Source: a virus
Taxonomy: Duplodnaviria; Caudoviricetes
IMG/VR virus record: IMGVR_UViG_3300012164_000006
Span: 1 to 24,668 of that record
Reading direction: 5' to 3' (one strand)
Length of the DNA stretch: 24,668 bases
Program-made: the position numbers and the translations under genes
In this document: positions 1 to 7,822 of the stretch, piece after piece
Layout: each line of letters begins with the position of its first letter
Numbering within the stretch: the stretch's first letter is position 1
Notes under the pieces: model-generated
Told to the model about the DNA's origin: nothing
Seen by the model: only the letters and a program-made list of their open reading frames with translations
Database searches by the model: none

Positions 1-70
1 AAAGCCGCTCGCTCGAAAGCCCCCCTCCGGCGAACGGCTTCTGTCTCACCCGGTTGATTGGAACCAAAAA

Positions 71-79
71 ACTATAGCA
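71..79 (-). promoter_or_regulatory. Candidate extended -10 promoter element (TGcTATAGT) reading out of the left edge
   Basis: Minus strand reads TGCTATAGT just after the stop of the last gene and ahead of hairpin-rich sequence. The nearby TTGACA is only 8 nt upstream, so it is not a canonical -35. Confidence 0.35.
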
Positions 80-93
80 CCGGGTGTCAAGAA

Positions 94-369
94 TCAGTAC
101 CGGCCCCCGTGAGTAATCGCGCTGTTGGCGTCCATCCTGGCTTCGCGGATCTTTCTCAAGGCAACCGACCTGTCAGGCCCAGCCGGGCAATGCTGAATCA
201 CAGCCTCAAACGCGGCCTGCAGCACACTTCTAACAGCCGTGCCACTCTTCACCTGATCGTCGTCCCACGCGTGATAGGTGAAACAATCCTCCGCCCCCTC
301 CGCGACCAACTCAAAATCCTGCTCCGTCTTTGGCTGCGCCCCGTTCAAATACTGACCTGACCTCGGCAT
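94..369 (-). CDS. Acb2/Tad1-hairpin-like small protein (putative cyclic-nucleotide sponge, anti-defence)
   Basis: 91 aa. FTYH..Q....VR......I...CP.GPDRSVALRKIREARMDANSAI resembles the FTYH..P.SREKSLA.TKLEEA.MWANAAIA pattern of this phage family. SD GAGGTG precedes the ATG. Confidence 0.7.
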   Translation of the reverse strand: MPRSGQYLNGAQPKTEQDFELVAEGAEDCFTYHAWDDDQVKSGTAVRSVLQAAFEAVIQHCPAGPDRSVALRKIREARMDANSAITHGGRY

Positions 370-388
370 TTTGACACCTCAACGGTTC

Positions 389-832
389 TCACGCCGCTTT
401 CTCTTTGGTCTCGAAACTCACCCGCGGCGCGTTGGGGGTTTCGAGCAGCTTCAAGACCTTGTTGGCCGTCGCCTTCCCAGCCAGGGCGGGCAACAGCTCA
501 CGGAAAGACTTCACCGGGTGAAACGTCACCTTCGGCTCGAAGAGCTTCCGCCAGTAGTCGCCCACTAACTCGAGGGCCGAGGCCTCCACCGGCGTCCCCT
601 TCTCAAACTTCGAGATCGACGCGCCCGGGAAATTCACCCGCGCGATCGAGCCGTCCGAGCCCGCCGCCGTCCACCGTTTCCCCGCGCCCGCATCTTCCCA
701 GTCCCCGTCTCGATGGTTCGCTTCCGCGATCAGTTCGGCCTTCAGCGCCTTCAGTGTCTCGGTTTTCTGCGAGATCTCCCGATCGAGCGCTACCGCTTCA
801 TCCACCTTCGCCGCCAGCCTGGTGTCGTTCAT
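389..832 (-). CDS. Hypothetical phage protein with N-terminal coiled coil (147 aa)
   Basis: Start moved to ATG 832 (MNDTRL), which forms an ATGA overlap with the lysozyme stop. N-terminus is helical (ALDREISQKTETLKALKAELIAEA). Confidence 0.8.
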   Translation of the reverse strand: MNDTRLAAKVDEAVALDREISQKTETLKALKAELIAEANHRDGDWEDAGAGKRWTAAGSDGSIARVNFPGASISKFEKGTPVEASALELVGDYWRKLFEPKVTFHPVKSFRELLPALAGKATANKVLKLLETPNAPRVSFETKEKAA

Positions 833-1314
833 TCCAGCACCCCCGTCCGCATCACCGCGGCCAACTTGGCGGCCCGGCTGCCCACCTGGCGCGCCCACTT
901 CGAGTCCAGCATCTCCAACGCCGCACGGTCGAACTTTAACCCGCGCACGGCCTCCAGCATCTTCACAAACCCAAGCAACCCGGCCGGCGGCTTATCGGTC
1001 CCGATGCCCATGTTGAAGGCCATGTCCGCGAGCACCACCTGGCGAGGCACATCCAGCAAATCGAAGAACTTCAGCATCAGCCGGCACTGCACCACCGCGC
1101 GGTGGATGTCGTTAAGCACCATCAGCTCGGCCTCGTAGACCGAGAGCGGCACATCCTCCAGGTTGCGCCCGTGCCCGATGGTCAGCTTGCCGCGCACCTG
1201 GCACTCGCACGCGCGCACCGGCTGCCCGCAACAGTCCCAGTAGGGGAACTGCCGAAACCCTTCCTCCACCTTCAGGCGATCACACAGAGCCTTTTCGAGG
1301 GTTACAGAGCTCAT
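829..1314 (-). CDS. Endolysin, T4-lysozyme-like muramidase (GH24)
   Basis: Motifs EEGFRQFPYWD, GKLTIGHGRNL, RQVVLADMAFNMG and EMLDSKWARQVGSRA. Confidence 0.93.
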   Translation of the reverse strand: MSSVTLEKALCDRLKVEEGFRQFPYWDCCGQPVRACECQVRGKLTIGHGRNLEDVPLSVYEAELMVLNDIHRAVVQCRLMLKFFDLLDVPRQVVLADMAFNMGIGTDKPPAGLLGFVKMLEAVRGLKFDRAALEMLDSKWARQVGSRAAKLAAVMRTGVLE

Positions 1315-1384
1315 AACAGGCTTAAGAAATGGGGGCTTACCGCAAGTATCGACCCGAACCCGCGCGGGGCGTTAACCTTTTTTG

Positions 1385-1651
1385 TCACTCTCCACAGTGC
1401 CGGCAACAGGTATCCCGCCTCGAAAGCTCCTCCAGAATCCTGGTTTGACGGTCCAGGATCGGCCCCATCGTCTCCAAAATCGCCTTACGGAACTCCAGTT
1501 GCCAGAATGCCGGGTCTAACTCGCCACTCTTCTTCCCGTTCCCTGTCCGCTTCATCTCTGAGCGAATCGACGTATGCACAAAGTGATATAGGGCAGCTCC
1601 CACCATCCCTACAATGCTCACAACCACCCCCACAGCGGCCCAGTCCATCAC
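1385..1651 (-). CDS. Small single-TM membrane protein, holin/antiholin candidate
   Basis: N-terminal hydrophobic helix WAAVGVVVSIVGMVGAALYHFV; sits directly upstream of the endolysin; GTGA overlap with the preceding gene. The holin role is inferred from position only. Confidence 0.6.
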   Translation of the reverse strand: MMDWAAVGVVVSIVGMVGAALYHFVHTSIRSEMKRTGNGKKSGELDPAFWQLEFRKAILETMGPILDRQTRILEELSRRDTCCRHCGE

Positions 1652-4600
1652 CGCCCCACCCCTAGCTGCTTGGCCAGCCGCTCGGCCTGGGCCAGCACGT
1701 TCCCTTCGAGCTTGTCGAGCTCCCGAGCCTTCTGCTTCTTCGCCGCATCTGGCAGCCGGCTTTCCGCCACCTGACGCGCCTGCGTGTGTATCCGGCTGAG
1801 CGCCTCACCCATGGAATTGATGCGCTTGCGCACCGCTGGGCTCAGCAGCTTCCGGTGGCTCGGGTCCTCGTCCAGATACCGGCGCGCCTCGGCCGGATTC
1901 GCCTTTGCCCGGTCGCGGTAGGTCGCCTGCACCTGGTCCGCCTGCGCCTTCATCGCATAGAAGCCATCGGCGCGCCGCTGCTGCACCGCATCTCCGCTCG
2001 TGCCAATAAACCGACGCAGGATAGCCCCCACCAGTGGCAGCCGGGTCAGCCGCTCCTGGCCCTCCACAGGCTGCCGCGCCGTGTCCTTCAAAAACAGATC
2101 TCCCGTGCTCAGCAAAGCCTCAGCGGTGCCGCCTCCAAAGCTCCGCGCCGCATGTTCGAGCCGCAGCGGAGACACTCCAGTCACCTTCCCGGCCCGCTTG
2201 GCCGCCTCCGACGTGGTGGCGTTGTACTGGTACCGCGGATCCACCCGCTTCAGCCGCTCCGGCACCAGCGGCCGCTTGCGGTAGGTATCGAAATTCGAGA
2301 ACTGCTCGATCCCCTCCTTCAGCAGCGGATTCAAGCTCGACACCCCGCCGAAAACCACGTCGCGTGCCACTGAACCACGCCGGATCTGGCCGGAAATCGG
2401 GGTCAGGTTCGAGGCGAAGTCCAGGCCCGTCTGCGCCAGGTCAACTTTTCCGCCAAACAGCCGGGCAATGGTTTCCTGCACCGGGTTAAACCACAGCTGC
2501 TCGAAGTGGCTTTTCGGAATCTTCACCGCCTGATGCCGCACCGAGCCGTCCGCCTTCTGCTCGGTGCCGGGAAGCAGGATCACCTGGTACTGCTGCCGCT
2601 CCTGGTCCGTCACGCGGTCAAATTCCTTGTTCCCTTCCTCATCCTCAAAGCCGTTGTTCCACGCCTGCAGCGCCAGCGCCGCCGCCGTGTAGGCAGCCAG
2701 CATGTACCCCAGCCGCATCGGGTCGCGCGTGCCCCCTTGCACCGACTGCAGCGTGCCCTGCACTCGGGCGTTGAAGTAGAGAAACAGCGCATTCCACACC
2801 GCGCCCTGCGTGCCCCGCTTGCCAAAGTCGGGCGAGCCGCCAAAGGTCCGCGTCTCCCAGGCGGCCTCTGCGCCAGACATCCCGCGTTCCCGCCCCAGGC
2901 GGAAACTGGCCAGCTTGGTCGCTTGCTCCATCTTCTGGTTCACCTGCGCCGCCCAATACAGCGGGTTAAAATTCGTCGTCCGTTTCATGCGGGTGAAGTA
3001 TTCCGGCGTCAGGTTCGACTGCAGGGTGGAAAACGCCGCGCCACTCTCCAGAAATTCCCGGAAGTGCGGGTCCTGGTTCGACTGGCTCACCAGCGACTCC
3101 ACCCATAGCTTCACAATCCGCCCCAGGTCGCCCGGGTGCTTCAGTGGGTTGCGCACGCCGGCCTTTGACGTCATCGCCAGCGTCTTCACATCGCGCACCA
3201 CGTTCGGCACGGAAAACGCCAGGTTCACGCCCGTGATGCCAGCCTTGGCCACGCGCGAGGCAAACCCGATCAGCGCCCCGCCCGTAAAGTCTGCAATGTG
3301 GGGCGGGCTCATCGTCAGAACGTCGGCCAGCGTCTTGTCCACCGCAAAGCGCTGCAGCTCGCCGTCAAAGTAAAACGCCAGCTCTCCCTCCTGCGCGCCC
3401 GGCTTTTCGGGGTGACCACCGTCACCTTTGTCCAGCTGCCGAGCTTCAGCCAGGTCGGGGTGCTGGCTCATCCAGGTCACAATGTTTTTGACGACGCGGT
3501 TTTTCTCCACCTGCTTCACGATCGATTGAAACCGATCCATCGACGCCCGCACTGGGTCTTCCAGCTCGCGGCTGCCACCTTCGAGCGGCTGAAACTGCTG
3601 TTTGGCCTGAAACGTGCCAGGCTTCTCGCCTTCGCCGTGGTCAATGGAGGCTTCCTCAATCAGCCGTGTCAGCGGCACATAGGCATCGCCGCGCGCCGTC
3701 CATTTGTTGTAGGCCTCCTCGGAAATCAGCCCTTCGTCATACGCCAGCTCAAGAGCCTTACGGTTCAAGGCAAACACCCGCTTGGCTGCCGTCTCGATGG
3801 CGGCAAATTTCTCCGGCGCCCGCGCCCGCAACTGTTCCTGTTTGGCGGCCAGGGTCTGGTGAGTGTCGTTGTCGGGCACCGCCTGGCGTTGGTCGAGCAG
3901 CCGCTGGAAGCGGTCGGCCTCAAAGCTCGCCTTCCGCAGGTTGGCTTCTACGTCATTGCGGAACTTCTTCAGCGCCTCCAGTTTCACCTCGTTGTTGCGC
4001 GTCACCCTTCTTTCCACCGTGGGGACGTTCTGCACATGCCGGCGAGTCTTCAGGTCAGCTTCCAGGCCTCGGATCTGCCCGTTCAGGTCCCCGAGCTTCG
4101 GCCGCAGCTCGGTCATGGTCTTTTTGCGGTCGGCCAGCTTTTCCTCAACCACTGAAATCCCGCGCTCCTTGGCCGCCAGCCGCAGGTACACCCGCAGCCC
4201 GTCTTCCATCCCTTCCTTGCGCGCGTCCTTAACCACGTCGCCGTAATCCATCATTCCCAGCTGCGCCCGGCCCAGGCCTCCGCCATAGGCAATCTGCGCC
4301 TGCTTGGCCGGATCCACGTCTGCCGACAACTTGGCAGCCGAGCGCCGCGCTGCCACTTCGCGGGCCAGTTTTTGGAAGCGATTGCCGGAGATCCGTTTTC
4401 CCAGCCGCTCACTCTCGGTTTGCAGCCGCAGCCGCTCGCTGCGCAGTGTCGCCAGGCGGTCGGCATCGGCCCGGGTCAAGGGAATGGAAGTCTGCTCCCT
4501 CATGCCACCCCGCCGCGTCACCGCCCGGCTCGAGCCCTCCAGGTCGCCAATCTCCTGCTCAACGGCCACAATCTCCTGGTCAATCTGGTTCCAGCGCTGA

Positions 4601-6723
4601 AAGTCTGGGTTATCGCGCAACAGGTTCTGAGCCTCGGCCCGCTCCACCAGCCGGCGCAGATCCACGAAGCGGTCGGTCGTCCGCCGGATGGTGCGGTCGA
4701 GCCACGAAGCCGTCCGCTCTTTGGTCCGTTCCACCAGACCCGGACCCGCTCGCGGCTTCGCGTCGTCAATGCCGGAATAGTCCACCTGGCGCGGCGGCGC
4801 CAGCCCCTCGAGGTTCAGCGCCCCGCGCTCGTCGCCGAAAAGGCCTTTCTGCGAAGAACCAAACAGCGGCGAACCTTCCAAACTGCCGGCAGACTTCAGC
4901 GGCCCTGCGGCCTTCATCCCTAGCTTGCCGACCATCTCGTTCGCCGCTTCCCCGCGCGATCGCTCGCCCGCGTCGGCCATGGCTCGGGCGAGGTCTCCCA
5001 TGCTAGAAACAGCAGGTTCTGGCGCTGGCTCTGCCTTAACAACTTGATACTCTTTCCCAGCAGGCTTCATCGCCTTCGCAGCTTCGTAGCTAGGCGCCTC
5101 GTAAAGTGGTTTCCCGTTGTGGAGAACGAGCCAGGTTCGACCCTCGGCCTTCGCTTGTTCAAATGCGCTCCGCGCCTGGCTGGTTTCGCTTAGCCCCACA
5201 ATTGGAGGAGAGACAGTTGCCCTCTTCCTAGACTCCGCGCGCTCTGGTTCCACTGGCGCAGGCTCGGGACCAAACAGCCCCATCTGCTCCCTCACCTCGA
5301 GCGGCTCGCCCGTGAACTCCAGCCCTTGCTGTCTGTAGCCTGGCTCCGGCGCGAGCGTCCGCTCAATCTCCCGTAGGCTCCGCCCGGCCCCGGCCTGGTC
5401 TTTAGACAGAAAGCCAGGCGGCCCACCCATTCCGCTCAAGAGCGTCGGCCCTTCGACTTCTTTCCGCGGCCCGAACTGCCGCAGCTTGGAGTCGTCGCCA
5501 ACGACGTTCAGCGCCCCACCGCGATCGCGGTAGGCCAACAGTCCACCATTCCGAAAAGTTGGCGAGGGTGCTGTCCGCAGTTCCGTCAGGCGTAGGCCTC
5601 CGGGGCCAGGCAGCAGGTCGATGGTGTTCAGCAGGTCCGGCGCATCTCCCAGCACCGCCAGTTTCGGTCCGGGCCGCTTTGGCTCTACGATCGTAGGAGC
5701 CACATTTGGAGTTTTGTAGTCCGCTGCTGCGACCGGCTCCCCTTCTGGCGCTGTGGGATAAAACGGCTCTTCTATGACAAACCCCGGCGGAGGCGGTGGG
5801 ATCTCCGCCGTGTCTGTTTCTTGACGCATCTCCGGACCGGGCAGGTTTCGAGCTATCACGTTGGAGCTCTCGCTGGGTCGGACTACCTCCGCCCGTTCCC
5901 GAGCTCGCACCGCCGGGTGAGTCGCCGCAGCCATCGCGGGCGCCGCAATCGCCGTCACCAGCCCCGTGTCAATCAGCCGCTGCTTCACATCTCCCCAGCT
6001 CATCTCCGGCGAAAGCGTGCCTTTGTCGATACCTGCCTGAATCAGCGCCGTCAGCTCTTCCCCGGGAATGTCCAGCGCGGTGGATTTCAGAATGCGCGCC
6101 AGCAGCGTGCTGCCCGGCTTGAGTAACGCCGCCACCGGCAGGCGCTCTGTGATCGCCTCGGCGGCCCCATAGCCCGCCGCCGCCAAAGCCGACTCAGCCG
6201 GGCTCACCTGCTTCTCCCGCAGCGTCGCATACTGTCCGCCGGCACTCTGTGCCGCCATCGTTGCCAGCGGAATGGCAGGGTTCGCGGTCAACGCCCCCAA
6301 CAGCAGGCCCGGAGCGTTCTGCGCCACAGACTCCACCGCCTGCCCCACGTAAGATTTCGCACTGCCTGGAGTCACCGCCAGGTCATAAGGCTTCGCGCGC
6401 TCGCCCCAGAATTCCGCCGCCGTCTTCCCCAGGCCGGCATCCAGGCCGGTCAGCTCCTCAGCCGCCTGCACCACGCCGCCCACACTTCGCCCCATCACCG
6501 CCGGCGTTTTCGCCAACGACTTTCGAATCACCTCAAGCCAGGTGTCTTCAGCTGAGGCAGGCTGCCCAGGTGTAACCCGGGCAGTGTCTAAGGTGGGAAT
6601 CTCTGTAGGAATTTGGGGACCGCTGTCCCTCTCGATCTCAAATCCAGGCGGCAAAGGTGGAAGTGCAGAACCTTCTAGCACAAAACCTGCCGGCAAGGGT
6701 GGGATTAGCGCACGGGAACCCAT
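1648..6723 (-). CDS. Large polyvalent/ejected internal virion protein with C-terminal LPD38 domain (P22 gp16 position)
   Basis: 1691 aa. C-terminal DFGKRG..NALFLYFNARVQG..VKIPK..EQFSNFDTYRKRPLVP..QY..TTSEAAK..GVSPLRLEH matches LPD38. N-terminal PPLPxGF repeats. Last and largest of the ejection-type genes. Confidence 0.85.
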   Translation of the reverse strand: MGSRALIPPLPAGFVLEGSALPPLPPGFEIERDSGPQIPTEIPTLDTARVTPGQPASAEDTWLEVIRKSLAKTPAVMGRSVGGVVQAAEELTGLDAGLGKTAAEFWGERAKPYDLAVTPGSAKSYVGQAVESVAQNAPGLLLGALTANPAIPLATMAAQSAGGQYATLREKQVSPAESALAAAGYGAAEAITERLPVAALLKPGSTLLARILKSTALDIPGEELTALIQAGIDKGTLSPEMSWGDVKQRLIDTGLVTAIAAPAMAAATHPAVRARERAEVVRPSESSNVIARNLPGPEMRQETDTAEIPPPPPGFVIEEPFYPTAPEGEPVAAADYKTPNVAPTIVEPKRPGPKLAVLGDAPDLLNTIDLLPGPGGLRLTELRTAPSPTFRNGGLLAYRDRGGALNVVGDDSKLRQFGPRKEVEGPTLLSGMGGPPGFLSKDQAGAGRSLREIERTLAPEPGYRQQGLEFTGEPLEVREQMGLFGPEPAPVEPERAESRKRATVSPPIVGLSETSQARSAFEQAKAEGRTWLVLHNGKPLYEAPSYEAAKAMKPAGKEYQVVKAEPAPEPAVSSMGDLARAMADAGERSRGEAANEMVGKLGMKAAGPLKSAGSLEGSPLFGSSQKGLFGDERGALNLEGLAPPRQVDYSGIDDAKPRAGPGLVERTKERTASWLDRTIRRTTDRFVDLRRLVERAEAQNLLRDNPDFQRWNQIDQEIVAVEQEIGDLEGSSRAVTRRGGMREQTSIPLTRADADRLATLRSERLRLQTESERLGKRISGNRFQKLAREVAARRSAAKLSADVDPAKQAQIAYGGGLGRAQLGMMDYGDVVKDARKEGMEDGLRVYLRLAAKERGISVVEEKLADRKKTMTELRPKLGDLNGQIRGLEADLKTRRHVQNVPTVERRVTRNNEVKLEALKKFRNDVEANLRKASFEADRFQRLLDQRQAVPDNDTHQTLAAKQEQLRARAPEKFAAIETAAKRVFALNRKALELAYDEGLISEEAYNKWTARGDAYVPLTRLIEEASIDHGEGEKPGTFQAKQQFQPLEGGSRELEDPVRASMDRFQSIVKQVEKNRVVKNIVTWMSQHPDLAEARQLDKGDGGHPEKPGAQEGELAFYFDGELQRFAVDKTLADVLTMSPPHIADFTGGALIGFASRVAKAGITGVNLAFSVPNVVRDVKTLAMTSKAGVRNPLKHPGDLGRIVKLWVESLVSQSNQDPHFREFLESGAAFSTLQSNLTPEYFTRMKRTTNFNPLYWAAQVNQKMEQATKLASFRLGRERGMSGAEAAWETRTFGGSPDFGKRGTQGAVWNALFLYFNARVQGTLQSVQGGTRDPMRLGYMLAAYTAAALALQAWNNGFEDEEGNKEFDRVTDQERQQYQVILLPGTEQKADGSVRHQAVKIPKSHFEQLWFNPVQETIARLFGGKVDLAQTGLDFASNLTPISGQIRRGSVARDVVFGGVSSLNPLLKEGIEQFSNFDTYRKRPLVPERLKRVDPRYQYNATTSEAAKRAGKVTGVSPLRLEHAARSFGGGTAEALLSTGDLFLKDTARQPVEGQERLTRLPLVGAILRRFIGTSGDAVQQRRADGFYAMKAQADQVQATYRDRAKANPAEARRYLDEDPSHRKLLSPAVRKRINSMGEALSRIHTQARQVAESRLPDAAKKQKARELDKLEGNVLAQAERLAKQLGVGR
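1766..1805. repeat. 40-nt dispersed direct repeat, copy 1 (copy 2 at 8595-8634)
   Basis: gccacctgacgcgcctgcgtgtgtatccggctgagcgcct; 37/40 identical to copy 2 by manual alignment. Confidence 0.9.
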
Positions 6724-7805
6724 TGGCCCCCCCGCAATTCCACGCGCTCGCCCGTCTGCGGGTTCACCGCCGTCACCGGCTTCGCGGTCGCGGCCACGCT
6801 GGGAGGGGTTCGCTTCTTCGTCAGCTGCCCGCGGTAGTCCACCGGCGACGACTCGAGGCCAAACTGGTCGCGTTGTGCAATGTAGCCCTCATCAATCTGC
6901 TGCTTCCGCTCGGCGTGTTCCTCCTCCGCCTGCTCGAGCGCCCGTTGCTTTTCCTCGGGCAGCAGGTCAATCGAGGCCTCAATCTCCGCCACGCGCTTCC
7001 GAAAGTCTGTCTCTGCCCTCTGGAATTGCAGCGCCTTGTTCCGCTCAATCGAGGCCAGCTGAGCCCCGCTGGCAGGCTTCGCCCCACCACCCCCACCGCC
7101 GCTGGCGGGTCGATATTTCGCGCGAATGCGTTCTTTCGCCTCAAAGGTGCCAAGATCCTCCCCAGCCGGCACCCGTGCCGGGTAAGTCTTCTGCAGCGTG
7201 TCAAATTGTCCCCGCTCGGCCATCCCGCCGCGCACCTGGTCGAGTGACATCGGCCCGGCCGGCGCCTGGCGCCACTCCCCGCTGCGCCAGTTAAACATTC
7301 CGCGCGAGGTCTCAATCCAATCATCCTTGGCCGGTCCTCCGCCTGCCAGCGCCCCCAGCGCCTGGCCTGTAGCATCCTGGAAATACTTCACCGCGCCGCC
7401 GCGGTCGCCCAGCTTCGACATGCCGATGGCGCGATCGGTAATAAACTCACCCACGCGCTTGGCTTCGGCGATATCTCCGGTTTTCAGCGCCTGCTCCAAC
7501 TGAGTCCGTTCTGGCAGCGCCTGCCCGGTCTCTGTCGTCCCTGGCACCACCTGGCCACCCAGATCCCGAATGCCTCCCACGTCTCCCTGATACCCCGGCC
7601 GGTTCAGCATCCCGCGCAGCGTGTTCCGGTCCAGGTCTGCTTGAGTGCCGCGCCGCAGCGCCAGCCGGTTCGCCTCGCGCCGCTGCTCGAATTCCCCCTG
7701 CTGGCGCGCATCCTCCCGCCGGCTCAGGTCCATGCGCTGCCGCTGTTCCAAAGCCCGCGCCAGCCCCAGCAGGGCATTGTTAAACCCGCTCATCGGTTGA
7801 ATCAT
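6705..7805 (-). CDS. Putative DNA ejection/internal virion protein (gp20 position)
   Basis: Charged, helical, Q/R/E-rich ORF ending TAVNPQTGERVELRGGQWVPVR. ATG 7805 follows GGGGAG; an alternative GTG start at 7826 overlaps the upstream stop. Confidence 0.65.
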   Translation of the reverse strand: MIQPMSGFNNALLGLARALEQRQRMDLSRREDARQQGEFEQRREANRLALRRGTQADLDRNTLRGMLNRPGYQGDVGGIRDLGGQVVPGTTETGQALPERTQLEQALKTGDIAEAKRVGEFITDRAIGMSKLGDRGGAVKYFQDATGQALGALAGGGPAKDDWIETSRGMFNWRSGEWRQAPAGPMSLDQVRGGMAERGQFDTLQKTYPARVPAGEDLGTFEAKERIRAKYRPASGGGGGGAKPASGAQLASIERNKALQFQRAETDFRKRVAEIEASIDLLPEEKQRALEQAEEEHAERKQQIDEGYIAQRDQFGLESSPVDYRGQLTKKRTPPSVAATAKPVTAVNPQTGERVELRGGQWVPVR

Positions 7806-7822
7806 CAGGCTCCCCCCCAGGG

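Noticed and set aside
85-90. TTGACA (minus strand 90-85, also plus strand 371-376) as sigma70 -35 boxes
   Set aside because: No -10 element at 16-18 nt spacing in either case.
1315-1384. 70-nt spacer before the lysozyme as a promoter or ncRNA
   Set aside because: No convincing -35/-10 pair, SD or stable U-tailed stem could be identified by eye.
6705-6733. G7 run and 19-nt gene overlap as a programmed frameshift fusing the 6705-7805 gene to LPD38
   Set aside because: G-runs also precede starts at 7805 and 14926 and are best read as SD-like sequences; no stimulatory structure was seen.
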